Positions 47,201 through 59,200 of a DNA stretch of 64,000 nucleotides are shown one piece after another. The stretch comes from Hormiphora californensis (Eukaryota; Animalia; Ctenophora). Position 1 is the stretch's first letter. Each line of letters opens with the position of its first letter. The notes beneath the pieces were generated by a model. That model had not been told where the DNA came from. It saw nothing but the letters and a program-made list of their open reading frames with translations, and did no database searches. The DNA is taken from contig CM035359.1 of NCBI GenBank assembly GCA_020137815.1, positions 4,960,001-5,024,000 of the forward strand. Direction: 5' to 3'. Made by a program: the position numbers and the translations under genes.

Positions 47201-50200
47201 TCCCAGTAATACCATCGTGGTGTTGAAAGAGAGACAGGGTCTGACGTGCATCGGTTAGGATTGAATGGAGAGATTCGTTACGGTAAAAACTGTATAGGAT
47301 CTCGGTCCTCCTATAACACAGAGAAAGGGGTATAAGAAAAACATAAACATAAACGGGTGGGGGGGTGTTATAAAACTTGACGTACCGCAGCATCGTCTCC
47401 AGGACTCTGTCCAGGTTTTTATAAAATGGTCGGGATGTGTAGTACCCACTCCAATAGTCAGCCAGTCTGGAAAAATGGTAGACTAGAAGGTCAAAAGTAA
47501 AGTATTGTCTCTTACACAGTATAACACACGATTAGGCAGTATGAAAACCATTTAAATAATGCATTTAAATAATGCATCTAAATAATGCATTTAATTAATG
47601 CATTAATATATAGCGCCAGGTCCGCTGCAAATGGCTTCCAAACTGTATAGCGTGTACACGTGTCACGTACCTATCTGCATAAGTGAAGAAGTCCCCACTG
47701 AGAGAGGGTAGAGTAGAGGGAGGGTGGTTGTCCCGGACCCAATCGAAATAGTCACTCAACACTCCCCATGAAACCTGAGGCGGGATAACAAAGGGTAGGT
47801 CCATCCCAATTATTGGGTAAGCCAGGCTTACCGGCCCAGTGATTGGGGAAGCTGGCCTACTTTGCTTATGCCCGATTCTAAACCCTGAACCACTCTTTAC
47901 AGGTAGGTACTAAACTGACACACTATCTACAATGTAGATTCTACATTCTACAGTAAGGGGGCCTTTAACGTGTAGCGAGTTTTTTACCACTACACCACTT
48001 GGCCAACAAAGTGTTGCAGGTAAATATACTTGTCTTGTGCAGCTTGTTCGGCCACCGTGCAAATGTAAAGGAAGGTTAGAAGAAAACATTAAAGCAAGGT
48101 AAATACTACGTGGGCCAAAAAATAAGGATAACTTACATTTGTATTTAGTGCGGGATCATTGTTGATAATATCCATAATGATCTGAAAAGGGAAACATCAT
48201 AGTATGTATATATGTAACACTATGTAATAATCCTTCCAAATCGTGCTTAGAACATGAAATTTATAGGGGCAATGTAATTCCTTCACTAAATGGTGCTAAT
48301 AGGTCCCTCCTACCACCAAACGGAAGTTTACCAACCAACTCCAAGGGGGAGATCCGATAATTGACCTTAATTGGTCTTAATAGATTTATCCCCTATCTTA
48401 AGAACATATCTACCCTTAGGAAAGGAGTAGGGACAAAATCAAGGGCACCAAAGTGTTCAGCGTCCTCGCATTAGTGGGGGTAGGTGCTGGAATTAAGTCT
48501 CTATATCATCTGGTTAATTAGATAATTGGATAATTAGGTGTGCACATAGCCGTTTTCTGGCCATATGGCTATAGCCATGTTAGGAAAGGAGTAGAGACAA
48601 AATCAAGGGCTCTAAAGTGTGTAGCGTCCTCGCATTAGTGGGGGCAGGTGCTGGAATTAAGTCTCTATCTCAACTGGTTAATGAGATAATTGGATAATTA
48701 GTTTTGCGCATAGCCGTTTTTGGCCTTATGGCTATAGCCACTTTGGAATGGTTTAGAGACTTTTCACTGGTGCCATTTTGTAGTCAATGGCCAAGTTATG
48801 GGGGGTCGACGTCGGGCTTTTAAGCTCTATCTTCAACAGTTTAGCCGTTATTAGTCTTTAAAGGTGCTCAAAATGAGCAAAAAACGGTTTAAAACCCGAT
48901 TTTGAGCACCTTTAAAGACTAATAACGGCTAAACTGTTGAAGATAGAGCTTAAAAGCCCGACGTCGACCCCCATAACTTGGCCATTGACTACAAAATGGC
49001 ACCAGTGAAAAGTCTCTAAACCATTCCAAAGTGGCTATAGCCATAAGGCCAAAAACGGCTATGCACAAAACTAATTATCCAATTATCTCATTAACCAGTT
49101 GAGATAGAGACTTAATTCCAGCACCTACCCCCACTAATGCGAGGACGCTACACACTTTAGAGCCCTTGATTTTGTCTCTACTCCTTTCCTAACATGGCTA
49201 TAGCCATATGGCCAGAAACGGCTATGTGCACACCTAATTATCCAATTATCTAATTAACCAGATGATATAGAGACTTAATTCCAGCACCTACCCCCACTAA
49301 TGCGAGGACGCTGAACACTTTGGTGCCCTTGATTTTGTCCCTACTCCTTTCCTAAGGGTAGATATGTTCTTAAGATAGGGGATAAATCTATTAAGACCAA
49401 TTAAGGTCAATTATCGGACCTCCCCCATGGAGTTGGTTGGTAAACTTCCGTTTGGTGGTAGGAGGGACCTATTAGCACCATTTAGTGAAGGAATTACATT
49501 GCCCCTATAAATTTCATGTTTTGTCAAGTTTTATACACGATTTGGGAGGGTTATAACACGGCAATTTCTCATTTGCGGCATACGGCGTCTAGACGGTATA
49601 CCGTCTGGACGGGTTTCGGTGAAATCAGCTAAAAACGGTACCGAAATTGCTTGAGACGGGTTATAGACGGTATCAGACGGTCTCTAGACGGGTTATAGAC
49701 GGTATCAGACGGTGTTGCGACGGTATCAGACGGTCTCTAGACGGTGTCTAGACGGTACCGTCCCGGCGTCTGGACGGCGTCTGGACGGTGTCTAGACGGT
49801 ATCCGTCCGAAATTGAGACGGCACGTCTGAAAATTGTATCAGACGTTGAGACGGACTTTTAGAACTCCGTCTGTATTTCAGACGGAGTTTTAAAAGTACG
49901 TCTCAACGCAGTCTAAAGGAAAATCGATGAAAGTACCGTCTAGACAACGTCTCAACTGAAACCGGTCAACATACCGTCTAAACAACGTCTAGACAACGTC
50001 TAAACAGAATCTCGCGATTCAGTTTCAAATACCGTCTAGACAACTTCTCCAGCAATTTCGATAAGAATACCGTCTAAACAACGTCTAGACAACGTCTCAA
50101 ATAATGATGTCTAGACTCGACCGTTTTCGAAGACCATTCTGGATTACCCATGCCAGTTGGAATTAGTGGTAGATGTGTGCCTATTGAATGAAAATTACAC

Positions 50201-53200
50201 ATGTGTTTAACCAGCACAGTCGTACCGCGATGCTCGGGGACGGGAAAGGGGTTATCCTCCCGGTAATTTTCGTACCCAACTTCTTACATTCAACCAAACT
50301 CCCCCATAGGAATTTCGCGCGGAGGAACCTGCATTCTCCAGCCTTTTCGTCACGCGAATGAAGGTGATTATCCAAGAAAAAACTAGCTAAATTCCTGGAG
50401 AAAACAGGCATTCGTGCAGTCATTGTCTACTGCCGCGTTCCCCCTTTCAACTTTGTCTGGTGTATCTCAGAAAATATTTAACTTACAGACTCCCAAAAAA
50501 CGGGAGGTAACACAATATTGTAAAAAATATAATACTATCTGGGTTTTATTTAGATTAATGCACAGATACATAGCTATAGTTAGTGACACTTGGTGTCATA
50601 ATTTTCTCCCATTGTTGTAGGTATTCACTTGACAGCTACCCCCTTTTTCTCTCCCATTCTCGCCCCTCTCTAGCCAGACAGTGTTGAAAGGGGGAACGCA
50701 GCAGTAGACAATCACTGCACTAATGCCTGTTTTCTCCAGGAATTTAGCTAGTTTTTTCTTGGATAATCACCTTCATTCGCGTGACGAAAAGGCTGGAGAA
50801 TGCAGGTTCCTCCGCGCGAAATTCCTATGGGGGCTGTTTTGGTATCTCCACATTCACTCTTACATCCAGCTATCGCGTTGTAATACAACTGTGAGATACT
50901 GTCTATGGCTGATACTATCAGTGATAGATAGTGTCGGTTATGAGACGTTGTTTAGACGGTATCTGTATCGGATTCGCTTAAGACGTTGTCTAGACGTTGT
51001 TTAGACGGTATGTTGACCGGTTTCAGTTGAGACGTTGTCTAGACGGTACTTTCATCGATTTCCCTTTAGACTGCGTTGAGACGTACTTTTAAAACTCCGT
51101 CTGAAATACAGACGGAGTTCTAAAAGTCCGTCTCAACGTCTGGTACAATTTTCAGACGTGCCGTCTCAATTTCGGACGGATACCGTCTAGACACCGTCCA
51201 GACGCCGTCCAGACGCCGTCCAGACGCCGGGACGGTACCGTCTAGACACCGTATAGAGACCGTCTGATACCGTCGCAACACCGTCTGATACCGTCTATAA
51301 CCCGTCTAGAGACCGTCTGATACCGTCTATAACCCGTCTCAAGCACTTTCGGTACCGTTTTTAGCTGATTTCACCGAAACCCGTCCAGACGGTATACCGT
51401 CTAGACGCCGTCTAGACGCCGTATGCCGCAAATGAGAAATTGCCTTATAACACTATGGAACACATTTATACATCAATAACATTCTCTTGGTGACTGGGCA
51501 GTTTTTGATGGTGCTTCATGATACCTCTCAGAATATCTTTTCACCTCATTCGACCCATATCAATATCTACCTTGTAATTGTCGTATATATTGTCAGTGTC
51601 TTCCTTAAGACTGTAAGAGAAATCGTTCCCTAGCTCAATGAACACAGCTCCAGTTTTGTGTAGCGCAGCTTTCAGTCTCCACTGTCTTAGTATCTCGAGG
51701 GCGCTATCCACTGCCACCCTCTCCTCCTTCCCCTTCACTATTTTATCACTTCCGTGCCATCGGTCAAGGTAGTTGAATGCTGCACACACCTGAAATACCG
51801 ATAACTACTTATTGTAATCTGCAGAATTGTGTGCAGTGATGAAGAAAGGAAAAACCTAGGTCGGAAGAATCTCGACACGCTATTACTGTAATAACTCCCT
51901 ATTACAGCTAGTACTGTAATAGCACTATTACAGGACCTGTAATATAGAGAGGGAGAGAGTGATAGAGAGATAAGGAAAAAAGAGAAAAAAGAACAAGGGT
52001 TAGTCGAACCTGCTAAACAAACATAAATTAATTAGGATACCCGGAAATATAAAAATATTATATCGATTTATAAATTTCGATTTATAAATTTCGATCTACA
52101 TATCTCAATAATCGAATTATCAGATTCTGGAACATTTTTATTTATTCAACATATTCTATACCCCTATCGGAATACCACTCAAACAAGTATAAAAACCTGT
52201 CCCCCAGGACCCTCAAACTACCCCCAGTTTTGGTATCTCCACATTCACTCTTACATCCAGCTATCGCGTTGTAATACAACTGTGAGATACTGTCTATGGC
52301 TGATACTATCAGTGATAGATAGTGTCGGTTATGAGACGTTGTTTAGACGGTATCTGTATCGGATTCGCTTAAGACGTTGTCTAGACGTTGTTTAGACGGT
52401 ATGTTGACCGGTTTCAGTTGAGACGTTGTCTAGACGGTACTTTCATCGATTTCCCTTTAGACTGCGTTGAGACGTACTTTTAAAACTCCGTCTGAAATAC
52501 AGACGGAGTTCTAAAAGTCCGTCTCAACGTCTGGTACAATTTTCAGACGTGCCGTCTCAATTTCGGACGGATACCGTCTAGACACCGTCCAGACGCCGTC
52601 CAGACGCCGTCCAGACGCCGGGACGGTACCGTCTAGACACCGTATAGAGACCGTCTGATACCGTCGCAACACCGTCTGATACCGTCTATAACCCGTCTAG
52701 AGACCGTCTGATACCGTCTATAACCCGTCTCAAGCACTTTCGGTACCGTTTTTAGCTGATTTCACCGAAACCCGTCCAGACGGTATACCGTCTAGACGCC
52801 GTCTAGACGCCGTATGCCGCAAATGAGAAATTGCCTTATAACACTATGGAACACATTTATACATCAATAACATTCTCTTGGTGACTGGGCAGTTTTTGAT
52901 GGTGCTTCATGATACCTCTCAGAATATCTTTTCACCTCATTCGACCCATATCAATATCTACCTTGTAATTGTCGTATATATTGTCAGTGTCTTCCTTAAG
53001 ACTGTAAGAGAAATCGTTCCCTAGCTCAATGAACACAGCTCCAGTTTTGTGTAGCGCAGCTTTCAGTCTCCACTGTCTTAGTATCTCGAGGGCGCTATCC
53101 ACTGCCACCCTCTCCTCCTTCCCCTTCACTATTTTATCACTTCCGTGCCATCGGTCAAGGTAGTTGAATGCTGCACACACCTGAAATACCGATAACTACT

Positions 53201-56200
53201 TATTGTAATCTGCAGAATTGTGTGCAGTGATGAAGAAAGGAAAAACCTAGGTCGGAAGAATCTCGACACGCTATTACTGTAATAACTCCCTATTACAGCT
53301 AGTACTGTAATAGCACTATTACAGGACCTGTAATATAGAGAGGGAGAGAGTGATAGAGAGATAAGGAAAAAAGAGAAAAAAGAACAAGGGTTAGTCGAAC
53401 CTGCTAAACAAACATAAATTAATTAGGATACCCGGAAATATAAAAATATTATATCGATTTATAAATTTCGATTTATAAATTTCGATCTACATATCTCAAT
53501 AATCGAATTATCAGATTCTGGAACATTTTTATTTATTCAACATATTCTATACCCCTATCGGAATACCACTCAAACAAGTATAAAAACCTGTCCCCCAGGA
53601 CCCTCAAACTACCCCCAGTCAACATGATTAAGTTTGTTCTACTTGCTCTCTGCGTCCTCGCAGTTCAGGCGATTCCCAGACCAGACCATCTTGACGACAG
53701 TGTCCCTTTCCCGTGGACATGGAGGATACTACCCCGGGCCCCACTGAAGCCCCCTCGGAGTGTGAAAACTTCATGTATAGCAAGGGAATGAAGTCTAACT
53801 ATGGAATGGCCATCGCTCACAGGCTACACGTCCCTAACTGTGGAGGATATCAGGTGAGTGGTGGGGAGTCGAAGGGGCGGGGTGGTGGGGGGTCGAAGAG
53901 GGGGGGGGGAATTGTGGTATCAGTCAATTTTCTATAGAAACAGAGGTTTTTGGAGAACACCATCCCCCTCCCCTTATAGTTATATTAAAGCCAATTGTTG
54001 ATATTTTCCGCTGGCTAAATAAACAAAGGTGAACGGATCACTCGAGACGGGTAGAAATGAAAGAGAATGCAAGAGAGGCTGAGGGGCAGTAAGATAAATG
54101 AAGAACTCAAGTGAGAGACAAAAAGATATATATCCCGCGAGTGCACATATCACTTCCGCTGTGCGCGACCATGTGCACGGTGAAATTTGCACTGTGCTTC
54201 TGCGGGAGCGTGCAGATATAGAGGTAGCGGGATATAATTAAGGAAAGTGTTCTCGCAGTGTTTTTACACACAAACACACAAAATATGACTGACAAGGTAC
54301 AACACGACACACAGTCTGCCATTTTACACTCACTCTCCCTCTTTCTCTTTCTAATTATCCCCTTATCACGTTTTGTTGTTTGCTATTTCAAAGAATTCCA
54401 ATCTCCCTCTCTCGTATCTCTCTCATTATCTCTCTCTTCTTTTCACTGTTAAAACTGTTAAAACTAAGTCCTCTTGTGTGTAAAACATGTAGCAGTGTGT
54501 TTTAGTCTCTTTGTATGTGTTTTTGATTGGTTTGTCTATTGCTTTGTCACATCTCTCTGTGTGTAACCACCCAAAATTTGATTGTTTTGCTAGTCATGTG
54601 TTTTCTCGCGGAATATATACTCAATAACGTCCTGCACGGCATGTGCAAGCGCTCCTATATCGCACTCGTTTCACTCGTGCAATATAGGTGTGAAATGCAC
54701 TCCAGCTGCGCTGTTGTGCATTTCACCTCCATATATGGCGCACTTGCACTGCGTGCAGAACGTTATGTACTATATATTATAGAGTTTGATAATTTCCTTG
54801 GATAATATTTTCTCTTTTCTGTAGAACAAATCCAGGTAGTTGCAAAAATTGCATATTGCATATAGCTATTAAAGCGTGGAGGGGTAATGTCATTACCAAG
54901 TTATCCCGCATGTTCATGTTGGTATCCAAGACACCTCACACTCAGGCCGCTTCGCGGCCTTCGTTTGGCGTGTTTCGCGCGCCGGCAAGGGAGGGGTAAC
55001 TTCGTTACCAAATGTTCATGCTAAATAATATACTGCGAATCGGTATTTGCCTGTGTCTCCTCCTATAATATAGAAGGTAGAATGGCCGGTGGTACTGATG
55101 ATGTTTTTCAAGATATTCTGGGGAAGCTGTACGTGGAACGGCGATGGAAGTTAGTGGTCCTTGCGCTCTCTTTTGCCGGGGTATCCCTAACAAAGGCCCT
55201 GATCATCTACTATCCAACCTTTGCAGGTAGGTAGGTAAGGTTAGCCATGCCCTTTTCTCTGTAGTGAGAAACGCTCTATATTTATTGGGGCAAAATGATG
55301 GTATGTTTTATTTTATGAACCCTCTCATATTTAGTGAGAAATCCTATATTTTATGTTTCAGGTCGTCTACCGGAGACCTGGAGTTGCATTTCGGACCGAT
55401 GTAAAGATGAAATTAATAACACGACTAATCGGGAAGAGCTGTTGTATCCCTGTAACAAAAGTAACTGGGAGGTGGGCATGGACTTCAATTGGGTGGCCAC
55501 CGAGGGAAAAACCTCTTTCGCCATCGAGCTTGATTTAGTTTGTAATCCGTTTGCAGTCAGCATGGTATCCTCTGTCTTATTCATCGGAGCTATAGTTGGA
55601 CTATTCATAAACAGTTTCACCCTGGACCGGTTTGGTAGGAAACTCTCGCTGATAACATGGACTATCCTCCTGGTCGTCTCTTCCCTCCTGGGTCTGACAT
55701 ACCCACCCAGTTATACCCTCCTCATAGCGGTTCGGTTCCTACAGGGTGCCACCCTGTACCCCTCAAGCGCAGCAAACTTTCTCCTTCTTCTGGAGTGCTT
55801 CCCCTCCTCTCACACCAACACTGCAAATAACCTCGTGATGGTAGCTCACGGTGGAGCATCAGCTGTGTTTGCATTAACGGCTGCACTAGTGACTCAATGG
55901 GAGCACTATCATGCCGTTGTTGCTACAATGTCGGCGGTGTTTCTAGTTCCTTATGCCCTCGTCCCCGAGTCACCGCAGTGGCACCTAGTCCACAGGGGGG
56001 ATGAAGCTGCTGCTAAACGGTGTTTGAAAACTCTCTTTAGGATCAATGGCGGAACTACTGATCCTGAGTTTTTGGACAAAGTTAAAATCCTTCCTCCTGC
56101 TACCAATGATTATGACAAAGATACGGTTAAATCATTTACATGGAACAAGGTGATGCTAGCTGAAACGCTTGCCATTCTTTATCTCTGGATGATATGCTCG

Positions 56201-59200
56201 ATGGGGTACCATGCTCTCAACTTCGGGTGGGTCACCATCCTACCTGATCCCTATGTAGGATACACAGTTAACGCGTTTATCGAGGTTCTATCAGGCCTCA
56301 TATGTACTTATCTGGCATACAGGGTGGGCAGGAGATGGACCATGGTATCGGGACTTCTCATAGCGGCATTCTGTATGTTCACTGCCTCGATAAACGTCCC
56401 CATTTATGGGGACTGGACCGTCAGTGACATTGCATCTCTGATCGGAATGTTCTTCCTGAATATTCCATATTGTGGACTATACCTGTGGACCGGGGAGATT
56501 CCTCCTGCCTCGCACGCTGGGTTTATCTTCAGCATTGGCAGTTCTACTGGCCGAGTCGGGGGTTTCTTTGCCCCCATGATGTTCGGGGTGCTGTCTCAGT
56601 TGACAAGTAATAGCTTCCCTCTCCTGCTAATGGGGTGTCTTCAGGTCCTTGGTGGGGTCATATCTGCTTGTTTGGTGGAGACGAAGGGGGTACCCAAGGT
56701 CCTAACACCTGAAGACGTGGTCAAAAGACGGAATGAGCAGAAACTGAGGTGCTTTGGAAGACAATAACCCGTGTTTCAGATCACAACAATTTTAAAGGAA
56801 ATGGACGAACTGATAGAGCTGATAGAGCGGTATTAGCTTTCTATCTTATCGGGAATTTGGGCTTGAGCTCTTTCATTTTTGGTAATTTTTTTGGTGCACG
56901 AGCCAATCAGAGGCTTGAATTTCGAAACAGACACCGTATTCCCACTACAAGCAGTATTGTAAGGGTGAGCCCACTGCCTTGTCCCGTTGGGTAATCTCTT
57001 TTTGGGCCCAGATGGCTGATGGAGTGCCTTCTTGCCCATGCGTCGCCGAACGTATTGTCAGCTCACTCAATTCAAAATATATACTCATCGTTTCGAGTTC
57101 TTCCTAACCTCCAAATTCAAAGCTAAGTCTCTAAAATTTCACAAAACCAAGTGGGGGGCCTTTCTGGGTTTTAGTTTACAAGTACCTTTGGATCGGGTCC
57201 ACAAGTTTCCCGTAAGCTATAGGAAGAGAAGGGGCCGAGATGGGTGTGTATATCAGTAATACCTGTCTTATCTGAAAACAGGTCAAATGTTTTAGGAAAA
57301 CCAGCTGTCATGGCACACACGATGAGCTGCCAATATGGTTCATGATTGTGTAGAAAATAGAAATAATAATTGTGGATCATGGCTCACCCCATGATTGTCT
57401 CCAACGAAAGTCGAGGTTCCTAGTTCTTGCCAGATGGTTCTTTATGGAGTAGTGGACCCTCTATATACACGTTAGGAGTAGTGTTAAAGGGAGTAGTAGA
57501 CCCTTTGGCCTTTATAAAGTAGGAATAGAGGTGGAGTAGTAGACCCTCTATAATAAAGTAGAAATACATTTAACATTGTGTTATTACAAAGAAATAGGTA
57601 ACCAGGTGCGGGTGATGGTTTTCATTTTCTTTCACACCTCTTAAAGATGTCAACAAAAGGAACGGGCGATTTTTCGAGATTTCTATGTTCTAATGAGATC
57701 ACCTGAATATGCATACCGGTCAGACCGAAGAGCTTATTGACATATGCCATTACGGGAGACAGTCCAAATGGATCAATTGCCCAACCAGATCGTGGGATCG
57801 CTTCTGAAAATGTATACACATCACTGAAAACTGAATACCACCCATTATCTTCTACCCGGTAAGAGAATGTACACCTGTACTTCTCAATTTTAGATCAAAC
57901 CTACAAGGTCCTGTGTCAACAAGCAGATCTATATAACAACACATACCTGGGAAGTTTTCAATGAGCCACTGGTGTCCATCAAACATCTCATTGAACATTG
58001 CGAAGTAGTGGGTGTTCGCCTCGTCAGTTTGGACCCACCCACCCTGGACAAACTCAAATCTACCTTCCAGTGCCAGCCTAGTGTGGAATCATTGTGTGTA
58101 ACCATGGTAACCAATGTTAGGAACCCACCCACCCTGGACAAACTCAAATCTACCCTCTAGAGCCAGTCTAGTGTGGAATACGTGTTTATCATTGTGTGTG
58201 TGTGTGTGTGTTGTACAGCCAGAGGATAGCCAGAAACTATGGAGTATGGAGAACGTTTTGGGCGTATAAAAGCGAGTTTATTTTGGGAGGCGAGCCGAAC
58301 CATACAATTACATCACAATTTCACATCAAGTGATGTCAACTACATTGGACCCCCTTTTTTTGTTCAAACCAATTTTATTTTATTCTTTATAAACAGGGTC
58401 GAGCAATGCAAACTTTTCTCTATCTCGCTTTCTTTCTCTTGTTTTCTATCTCTTTTTCAACACTCATACACACCCACACTCCCGGGAGGGGTGCTCCCCT
58501 TGCATAATTTTGTTGTATTCCGATATATTACATAAAATGGCTGGCTCAGCGTATAGAGTTCAATATTTCTTGTCCGTCGCTTTACTTGTAGTCGGGCCGG
58601 TTTCCCTACTTTTTACCCTCCAAAACACCCTCTCGCCTCATCTTTGTCTGGTGCAGGGAGAGACTACGAAGGAGATACGACAGGATGTCCCCACTTCTAG
58701 CAATGCCTCCACAGGATGGGCATCAGTCAATTCAAAGTTGTTTGTGGTGATTGTAGCGGGGTTTAGGACGGGGAGTACCCTGTTAGGAGAGATTTTCAAC
58801 CAGAACCCAGAAGTTAACTATATCTTCGAGCCCTTTCATGAGGTATATTTGATGAGAAAAAACCCTCCTCGCGAGCTTGCCAAGCTAGACAAATGTAAAG
58901 GGAGGGTTAGAACAACCTTGCGCATGATTCAGCGTGATCTATGACAGTAGTCATAGCAACTGTACTTTTCAGGGGTATCTGGAGACCGGTGTCAAAGACC
59001 TTCCTAATTATCGTCCGGGGATGACCCATGAGGAACTACAGATTGTCTACCTCGACAACCTTATCAACAACTGCACCAGCTATTTTCCACGTAAGTTTCT
59101 CAGACAGATGAAGTCATTACACTGCAGGGATCAGGAAGGAGAAATTGTTGCCAAATACGGGAACCCGAACAGTACAATATGTGACCCACCAAAAAATATT

